Positions 26,351-36,900 of a stretch of DNA of 64,000 bases are shown here, piece after piece. Where the stretch lies: positions 19,902,001 to 19,966,000 of the forward strand of contig OZ286466.1 in the NCBI GenBank assembly GCA_965644265.1, written 5' to 3'. Below the pieces are notes generated by a model. The model saw only the letters and a program-made list of their open reading frames with translations, was not told the origin of the DNA and searched no databases. How positions within the stretch are numbered: position 1 is the first letter of the stretch; every line of letters begins with the position of its first letter. This DNA comes from Glycera tridactyla (Eukaryota). A program made the translations under genes and the position numbers.

Positions 26351-29300
26351 ATGTTCAGAACCATAAAGGACATGGGATATAGCACATATAACATGCTATT
26401 TGACACGTATATTCTCCCGGTGGCCAATTATGGCGCGGCAGTGTGGGGCATGAAGGATTACCCAGGGCCCCAGGTACTACATAATAGAATAATCAGGTTC
26501 TACCTGGGTATTCACAGGTTCGCTCCTCTGGCAGCCACCCATACAGAAATGGATGCTATACCCATGGCGTTTCACAGATGGGTTGATATCTTACGATTCC
26601 ATAACAGGATACATCTGATGAAAAATCACAGGATCCCTAAAAAGATCCACATGTGGAACCAGTCACTAGGACACACTGGATGGATGGCTGATGTGCTTGC
26701 AATACACCAAGAACTGGATATGCCCTACGACCCCGAAGCACAAATCTGTCTCAACAATTTATATACACGTCTTTACTCAAAAGCTAGAGCAGATAGAATA
26801 GAAGAAGCACACGAAAAACCCAAGCTCCGTACATACGTAAAAATAAAAGACTTTGATAAACCACTAACCCTTGTTAGATCCAACATCACACGAAATCAAA
26901 GATCGATCATGGCCAAGCTCCTTTGTGGCATTTTACCGCTGGAGATTGAAACCGGGAGGTATGTGGGCAAAAAGTCAGAGGAGCGAATCTGTACTTTGTG
27001 TGATAATATGGTGGTTGAAGATGAAGTGCACTTCGTGTTGAAGTGCACGAGATTCACTGCATTAGAATCAGACTCATGGAAGACATGATACTACCTGATG
27101 ATTACGAAACCAAAGACGACTTTCAGAAACTAAGAATATTTGGACAAGCGAACAACATAGTCAAATTTGGGCGTATATTAGAAGAAATGTTTATGGAGAG
27201 ACGTGCCATACTTTTCTCAACATCGGGAGTACAATATAAATGAGTCTGATCTGAGCAATGCCATACTATCTATATATACCATCATTGACTTACACAATGA
27301 CCACACCGTAGCATGATATACCACAAATATATATTTTTTACAATGTTTTAGTATCCCAGATATATATACCCAGAGAACCACTTATAAACGCCCTTTTGTC
27401 CCAAGATATACTGGTCTCTTTTACCTGACCCACCCACCCCCTCCCCCTCTCTCTCTCTCTTCCACCCCTACCATAGTACCAAACATTATTTCAACTTATA
27501 CTTCATACCAAACACTATTTCACTTTATACCTCATACAGTTGCACATAAGCGTTATCATTACTTGTCAATCATTTTATACCCTTATATGCCTCCTATATA
27601 CACACTCAAACTATACTCGGAATGTCATCCTAGCTGGCAATCGTACTTTGTCCGTAATGAAAAACCTATAACAACATTTAACAACTAATAGAGGCCGTCA
27701 ACCCCCTCGTTCCCCCGAAACGATGTTCAGACCCCCCGACAATTCTGAACGTGGTTGGGAATGACCGAAGTATATATGTCACTAACCACACAAAATAATA
27801 CTATTAACACTTCATGTAACCCAATTAGGGGTTGCCGAGTCTTGTGGGCCCGTCTGGGGCCGGGGGTCAATTGTACGTACCGATATTTAATACTGCTTTC
27901 TTTGTATTTGACCTATGANNNNNNNNNNNNNNNNNNNNNNNNNNNNNNNNNNNNNNNNNNNNNNNNNNNNNNNNNNNNNNNNNNNNNNNNNNNNNNNNNN
28001 NNNNNNNNNNNNNNNNNNNNNNNNNNNNNNNNNNNNNNNNNNNNNNNNNNNNNACAACTTAACGTAATACCCATACCCTCAGAATATGTATCTCTGTTAT
28101 CTATTCTGTGTTTGCATAAGAATACAATATGACCATCCAGGCTCTCATGTGATTGCATATGCCATGTAAATATGTTTCAAACTTATGCAACATCATTTAC
28201 TTCATCTTTATCTTCATCTGATGTAAGACTCACCATTTCTCAGCTGTATATAATTACCTATCTTCCATCACTTCCTATCTGTGTGAAGGCACCCATACTT
28301 GGAAAGATTATCTGCACTTGCACTTATGGTAGGCAATGCAGCTCAAGTTCATGTTTTCACACCATTTCCTCACGCTTATTACACTCTTTGAGGGTGCGTG
28401 TTACAGCGCACAGCAGTATTTTTCAGCCCGCACCCTCTTGCTTTCAACAGAAAAAAACAAATATATATTCCCAGTGCTATCAATGAATATCTATACCTCG
28501 ATCATGCACAAATCCAATGGGTTTTGAAATGTGAATCTGGGCTGGGATAGCTGTGAAGAGGGAAATATTCCCAATACTTTGTAGACGTATGAATGTTGAT
28601 GTGTGCCCAGAATGATCACTTTCCAGAGGATGAGTGATCGATAATGCATATTGACTGTACAAATTCCCAAATACCATTGGCTCTCTGCTTCCCCAAACTG
28701 ATGTGATGAATGAAGTCTGTCGAGGCCAATCCCACTGATATGTTTTATTACATGACATGTGTAGCTAGTGTGTAATGAAGAGACAATATGCCGTGATGTC
28801 GCCTGAAGCTATAAACAGCTAGTATCACCCATTTGGTGATATTGGTCATGATCAACCACTCGCCCCGTGATGCGAGTCGGACCAATTCGGTGAATGGAAA
28901 CCACTGCAACTCACATTCATGTAAGGACCTGCCAGAAAGCGCATCCCCACTCAAGTTCAAGCAACTCATGAGAACACTTCTACGGTTGCAATATAGATGC
29001 ATGCACTAACACGAATACCCTTCTCTGGCACCAATGAGAGACAAATACATGACGGCAGATCATATTATGATGGCAGGTCTCTTTCTCAGTGGCATTTGTA
29101 TGTCATCGGGAGCCATGTGGCATTGTGTCAAATTTACAGAAATGGTGTTTGTCAATCATCAAGCTCACTTTCATCACGATTGTGGTCAAAGCAGGTTGTT
29201 CTTGGCCCCCGACCCCCCTCCCGACCGTTTTTATTTCTGTGCTTTGTGCAACATAGGATAACGAATTGATATGTGACATATATCCAATATGCCAGTGAAA

Positions 29301-32300
29301 TGTCATGTTTTTTAATCCATAAGTTGCATTGATGACCTATTTATAGGTGTAGTCCATGTTCGAAATGCTCTTCTTCACTTAGCATTTTGTGATTAGGGCA
29401 ATATTCTATGAGGTATGGAAGGTGTGTGTCCCGATACATTCCTTCGATAGATACTCATGGAACCTGATGGAACTGTTTCTTGCTATAGTGATTTCAGTTT
29501 GAAAGGTGCTAACATTCCACCGGTGCTAACAATGACTGATAAAACTGTCTCTCAAATGTTTTCCAGTGAATTCGTTTCGGCAATTTCTGAGAGACTGACC
29601 TTGTGGTGTAGGATACATTTTGTAGGCTATAGAAAATACATTCGGCTTTTCGTGGATGATGCTATAGTTATTGGTTGCTATACTTATTGTGTGCTATGGT
29701 TGACATATATACCACGAATAGCGCGAGCTACGGTTGAATATAAGGGTGTTGAATATAACTTGTCAGGACCACTGGTGCACACGGCTACGTCACAATTCGG
29801 AGTCACGTGACTACCCATTGTCTTCTCTACTGCCGACGCATTCCATTCAGCGTGATCGGCAGGCGGCTAAACTATCCGTAAAGTGATTCAATCCACATTC
29901 AACTTCTGATTGAATGTCATGAATTTCGGTTCAACACACACAAAATATATATTGATGGATTTTGCATGATCTGCCCTGTTCAACGAGACTACTTTCAAAT
30001 CCCTAGCTAATTCTGAGTGAAATTCTGTTTATTTGTTCATGTTCGTTATATTTTGCATCTCCAATATGTTCCATACAAGGAGTTTATGATGGGATAAATG
30101 ACATCGACAAATGGACTGAATTCCATTCAGGTTAGCTCACAGCCATCGATTTGCATGATAATTCGTGGTATATGAGCAAGAAACCATGGAGTGTTGTCAT
30201 GACGAATCATACACCACTCGGAGTGTATTGTCAGTATAATTCACTCGGCCTTAGGCCTCGTGAATTATACTGACAATACACACCTCGTGGTGTATAACTT
30301 GTCAGGACAACACCCCATGATTTCTTGCTATAATACCTGCTGATGATGACATCCATGCTGGTGTTGCATCAGGGAATCCTACAGCTGGGGGTTGAAGTGC
30401 ATTCAGCTTCGGTAGTTGGTGGGTTGTGGCAGAATTAGAAAGGGTATAAGGTGGATTATCATTCGATTTGTCTCATAGTATGTGTGGTCTGTCAAAAGCT
30501 TTACCGCTTTATTATGGTGACATAGGGCACATACTACCGTAACGTAATANNNNNNNNNNNNNNNNNNNNNNNNNNNNNNNNNNNNNNNNNNNNNNNNNNN
30601 NNNNNNNNNNNNNNNNNNNNNNNNNNNNNNNNNNNNNNNNNNNNNNNNNNNNNNNNNNNNNNNNNNNNNNNNNNNNNNNNNNNNNNNNNNNNNNNNNNNN
30701 NNNNNNNNNNNNNNNNNNNNNNNNNNNNNNNNNNNNNNNNNNNNNNNNNNNNNNNNNNNNNNNNNNNNAGGTGATTGCCTGAGACAGGGAAGCAATAATT
30801 CAGTGATATTTGTCTTTGTCTTGATTGTAACAGAGTGAAGTAGCAAAGGCCGAGCCAGTCAAAAAGGTAAATGTGAATCACTCAGTGGATCACCCCGCAT
30901 CGTGTACGTGATAATGGCATATACTGCTGTTCATTGGGCTCACATCGTTCTTAAAGTGCCTCTTCATGGTGAATATAGATAGCAGGATTCTAGGCACTAA
31001 CAATGGTAAAAGGGTAAGAAATAATTGACAACTAATGAAGTTATGCTTAGAAATCATTAGCCACTACAGTCAGGAAGAGTCATAGTAAAATGATGTTATG
31101 GACAGAGCTTGCTCGATAGATCAGTTGCTATGTATGATTTGTAATCGCTCGCAGCAGTGACAAAGGTAAGACAAATGAGTGTATTAGCGTGAGTGGGAAA
31201 TTTTCACAGCAGTTCATTACCGTAAGATCGAATGGATAATTTTGTCAGTGGTTGTACTGAATTCTGTGTATTTGGGAGATGGAAGGATGACTAGAGCTGG
31301 TCATTGATAACATTTCATTGCTGATATCATGCCAATTAGAGTGACGACATCAATCTTATGGGAGAAGATGATAGAAACAATTGTATGGACAAAGTGTGTC
31401 ATGGTTTGTACCAAGAAAATGAGAATGCTGAGTGTTATGTGAAATTATGATTCATGTTTTGATTGGCAGAGTAAAGTACAAAAGGCCGTGCCAGTCAAAG
31501 CGAAGGTAAATCACCAAGTGGATCACCCAATATTTTGTATATGGTATTGGCTAATGCTGCTTTTCTTCGATCACACAGTGAGCGGGGAGAATTTCTCTAG
31601 GGTACTAAGTACTAATGTTAACTGTTGGGCGGATATTCCAATTCAGTCCAGAAGGTAAAGTATGCGATTTGGGCTTATACTACACATTAGGCTGGAATGC
31701 TCCTCCGTGGTTGATATGGATATCGAGATGCATCACTCTGAATCCGACTGTGGGAAGATGAAGGCCAGTTGACAAGTTGCCTTAAGTTATCAGATAAGTT
31801 TATCAGATAAAACAAGTCATGATAGCATGTCATTATGGACAGAACCTTTTACGTGGATCATTCACCCAACCACGTAGAATGCGGTTACCCATCAGTCAAC
31901 TATTGATATTATTTGAAATACTGTACAGAAGTGACAAGATATAATGAAAAAGACGTCACCAATTCGTTAGCGATTCACTGTGAGTGAAGATACGAAGCCT
32001 CTTCAAGTACTTTTTATCGTTGGGAGTATTGCATCTTGAGCATTCCTCTGATAAAAGACTAACTATGATGGGTCGTTGATCTTATTCTATACTGTCGGTA
32101 TGATATCACTGAGAGGGACGAGAGGTGATGTGTGCAGTTTAACATAACATAACATAACATAATATAACATAAATTTTATTTACAATGCTCGACACAACAG
32201 ATTGGGGTCTATATCTTCTGCACGCGAGCGACGATATAGCTGAAACGAAAAAAATATTGACAGGTACTCCCAGATTGCACTGATTGATGTGTGGTGAATC

Positions 32301-32896
32301 TTCGCCTGCAATATTACACAAGTAAACATTCAGGCGCGTTAAGATAATTGACTCAAGACAAACATTCAATACAAATATTTACAATTTCAATTTTCATACA
32401 GGCTACTATCACATGGGGAAATTCAACATTACACGGTTCAAGTATTTGTAGGGTACAGTTGATAGTGGAAAAATATTTACAATTTCAATTTCACACAGAC
32501 TACTATCATATGGGGAAATTCAACATTACACAGCTCAAGTATTTGTAGGGTACAGTTGATAGTAGACAAAAGACGGACAGGAGGCGAGGATAGTATTGTG
32601 AGCATCAAGTTTCCTGTTTGAAGTACATGATGTTCCATGCCAGTCTAGAAGGTGATACAGTAGATAATGGTACTACTCCCGCAGCTAACACCATGCTTGC
32701 CTTTACAGCTTACTTTCACGTATGAGCTGGCCATTCTTCTTGTCTTATTCCGGAGTTAACAGAATCACCATCTCCTCTCTTGGTGCCTTTCTTTGTGTTC
32801 TTCATCTTTTTAGGCTTCTTGGCTTTTTCAGTATAACCTTCAGATTAGTGCCTGGGATCGGCAGGAAGATGCGGAGAGAGGATGAGACAGAGAGAG

Positions 32897-32956
<60 letters not shown>

Positions 32957-33954
32957 GTGGGGAGATCTCTCTCCATCAACCGGGAGGCAATCAGGCTTGA
33001 CGTGCTTCTTCATGATGAATATCAGTATTAAGATGCAACACACCACGAGGTGTGTCTGTATTGGGCGAAAAATTAAGAACTTCAGTTAAGTTACGTTCAG
33101 AGTTTATCAGTCACTACAGTCAGAAATAGTCATGATATGATGTTACGGACACCGCCTGCTGCGAAGAATCAGTTGCCCATCCAAGTGGTTTGAAGGGTGT
33201 TATCTATCAATCAATCAATCATCTTCAATTATAGGCTTTGTCATCAGCTCATCACTGTGTTTTTGTCAGTGGGTATACCGAATTCTGTGTATTGAGCAGA
33301 TGAAAGAATGATAAGCGTGTGCCATCGATAGCATTCTCGACGGCTGATATGATGCCGAATAAGACTGATGACTGCATCCCATGGAATGAGATGATGAAAG
33401 AAGGGTATAGAAGTGTGTCTCAGCTGACATCAAGATGAAGAGAGTGCTGAGTGTTATGTGAAATGGGTATTTTTGATCTGGTTGGCAGAGTAAAGTGCCA
33501 AAGGCAGTCAAAAAGGTAAATGTGAATAACTTAGTGAATCACCGAATGGTGTGTACACAGTATTGGCTGTTATTGGCCACTGGGCACACATCAGGCTGAA
33601 AGTGCTTTTCTGGGGTGAGTATAAACATTTGGATGCTTGGCACTAACACTGACTGTGGTAGATGAAGGATATTTAGTACAAACAGTGAGGTAAATCACTC
33701 AGTGAATCACNNNNNNNNNNNNNNNNNNNNNNNNNNNNNNNNNNNNNNNNNNNNNNNNNNNNNNNNNNNNNNNNNNNNNNNNNNNNNNNNNNNNNNNNNN
33801 NNNNNNNNNNNNNNNNNNNNNNNNNNNNNNNNNNNNNNNNNNNNNNNNNNNNNNNNNNNNNNNNNNNNNAATCAATTGCAACAATAGCAGCAGGTATTCA
33901 GTAGAATATTGATCTGCACCTTCCGCTGTCCTACACACTGACCTCATGCTCTCA

Positions 33955-33986
<32 letters not shown>

Positions 33987-36900
33987 CATTCACATGCTCG
34001 CATATGAAAACATCCCCACGGACCGGTATTGAATATGGCAATTATACATAGTCAGAAATTGTAACAGTGCTAGCAGGCTGTTCCGTTTGGCTGACAGAGA
34101 AAACGTTAGCCAGATCTCCCAACAAGTATTCTTTATCTCGATGTACGACAAAAATGAATGGATACCCACTCTCCGACACGAATCGTTAGTGACCGTTATG
34201 GTGTGGTCACACCGAGGTCGCTGAGTACAAAGTCAAAATAAAATCGCAGCAAACATCTCGCATTTCATGGATGGAATGTTTGATCATGGCGTTGTCGCTG
34301 AATATATGTACCTGACGTTGATTGACTTTGACTGGTTTTGAGTGACTTAGAATGTGAGTCAAAGTCAAGCTTGACTTTTTGACATGCAAAAAGTCAAAAT
34401 GTGGGCATTCAATGTCGAATCCGACCACGTTCGATGAATGACGCTGAATGACTTTGATATTGTCAATGACTTTGACACTGAATTCCAGGTCTCGTATTCA
34501 GTGTCATTCAATGTATCTGCCAGCGACATTCTTGAAGGAGTCGCTGAATGCCGCTGACAAGTTGGTAACCAAGGAAATTAGACACCGATCACTTGCAAAT
34601 CCATCAACTTCCATGTCAGTCAGTCAGTCAGTCAGTTAGTCAGTCAGTCAGTCAGTGAAGTCTAAGTCAGCCAGCCAGCCAGCTAGCCAGCCAGAGTAAA
34701 ATGACTGCCGCATCACCGTATATGTCGGGAGTCCTAGCAGTTTATGTGAAGACGGTACGCTGATGTATTGAATACTTTTGCCGTGAGAAAAAAAATTAAC
34801 CTAAACCCAACCTTTCACATGTCTACCCCAGGCTTGACCTGTCTACCTCCGGGATTTTTGGCGGCAATAATCAGCGCCGAAATCTGCTTGACTTTGAATG
34901 GTAATGACTGCTGCTGACCAGTGCCGCTGACAACCCACTTTCCTGCCATTATCATCGCACTTTCAACGTCTGTTTAATCAAGTACGCTGATATACCAAAC
35001 CTTGTTGCTGACATTAGAAGTCAATGTCCAGCATCCGGTTCGCTGACAATCCACTTTCTCAACCAATTTATTCCACCTTCAATGTCGGTGCAATCAAGCA
35101 CGCTGACATACAATGACCCAGTCACCGCCCTTCCAAGTCAATGGTCGGCGCACATTTTGACAACTCATATTTGCGTCAACGACCTCGACATTCAGCGACT
35201 ATTTGCACATTTTCGCGTAGACATTTTCGACTTTGTACTCAGCGACCTCATGGACAACCTGCAAGTACTTGACTGATGCCCATTTCCAACCCATTTTCTC
35301 AGACTATCTGACGTGTATCTAGCACGTTGTAATATGCATTTTGCTTTCTGTAATCCAGCGGCTTGAGGTCCTAAAATTTGGAATTCTCTACCAGTCGATG
35401 TTCGTTCGATCAAATCTATATCTAATTTCAAAGGGGTTGTTGAGGGGTTTTGAATGACGAGTGATGGGCCCAAATGATACGGATTATCAGATACAGTCTG
35501 CTGGGGGTGCTTATACAGCGTCTTTCATGTATTCTCTTCACTATTTATCCACCCTACTTTCTCCAATCTTGAATAGTTGGCACTAGAGAAGTGCATTGTT
35601 TGAAGTGCATTGACATCCTTTCTATACTATGTACCACTGATAGCATTTCCTGGATTTCAGCTCGCCACCTTGTACATTTTTCCCATGTTTATTTATTCAA
35701 GTTCATTGTACCTGAGAACATTATGGTATTGGAGACATTATTTCAAAACTATCTGCCTCAAAATCGGGAAGGGGCGATGGACTGCCCGCTGAAATAGTCA
35801 ATATCCGTGCCAAAGAATTGTCCTTCATCTGCACACATAGTTTCACCACGGGAAATGTCCCGACTCCATAGAGAAGAGCTAACATTGTTCCCTTGTACGA
35901 GGATGCTAGCTGCCCCATAGAGTTGAACTATAGACCGATAAGTTCGCTGAGTGCCAAAAAAATCGTAACAGAACTTGCATTGCTTGGTTTTCCAGTTATT
36001 CAACAGATCGACGTTGTCAAGTCAATGTAAAGAGTGTGTTGTCAAATGGAAGGTTTGTTAAGTGTGGCAAACCTTTAGGATCGATACTGGGTGCTCTTCT
36101 ATTTACTATATACGTAGATGATGAGCCTCTACGCAGAGGGTACCGCCAATCCACCACTCTTGTGTTAGATAGAGATCCAATCCATCTAAAACTCTAATCA
36201 GGAGAATCACTTGAACAAGTAAGCATATGGTCACGGACAAATAAACTGAGTCTGAATTCGAAAAAAAAACATGACTTTAGTATTCGGGACACATGTTCAT
36301 CTTCAGCGTAATATTTTTACAATAAAATTTGAAAATCAGAAAATAGAACAGGTATTCTCGTTCAAGTATTCCAGGGTCATTATAGATTGTCTACTAAGCT
36401 GTCCAAGGCAAGTCAAATATATGCGATCAAAACACAGTTTGGCGTACTTGGTAGACTCAGGGGTTTGTTAGGTAAGACCACATCCCTGATGCTATGCAAG
36501 ACACTCATCCCTCCTAGCATTGTTCATTGTCATATTGTCTATGACAGTCTGGGAGTGGCCGATTCAGAACAAAGCGACACGAATCATCACAAACAGTGCT
36601 AGAGATACAAGTAGTTGACAGATACATGTGAATTTGAATCTGCCTTACTTGGACTCTCGTAGACGATATTGCTCTCTTGTTCATGTGAATATGATATCAG
36701 TCGGGGATAACCCCTCTCAGTACACTCAATTATGTAGACAACAAGTTGTTCGGTCGCATTGAGAAGTGGCTTCAGTAAGGTGCCTTTGTAGGGAGATTTT
36801 TACTGTTGAAAATACTTATCACGGTTATGGCTGAGGGTGGGCTCTCTCAGAAGGATTTCAAATCAAGGTTCCTGAGCAGATTTGACCGTACTATCTGTTA

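Noticed and set aside
28170-28760. Minus-strand traces such as HQFG and KWCENMNLS suggesting another RT remnant
   Set aside because: Too degenerate to support from visual translation alone.
32705-32850. Minus-strand Lys-rich exon-like frame [18 protein letters not shown]
   Set aside because: The best acceptor leads to stops in all frames, the good donor follows a stop codon, and no partner exons were found.
16790-33490. Regulation as SRRM3/4 (eMIC)-type neural microexons
   Set aside because: None of the six acceptors has a UGC motif in the last ~20 nt, so there is no sequence support for that pathway.
20229-33511. Minus-strand translations of the duplicated units looked at first like decayed GPCR transmembrane segments
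   Set aside because: Stops occur at shared positions and no frame is consistent across copies; the plus-strand microexon model explains the conservation better.
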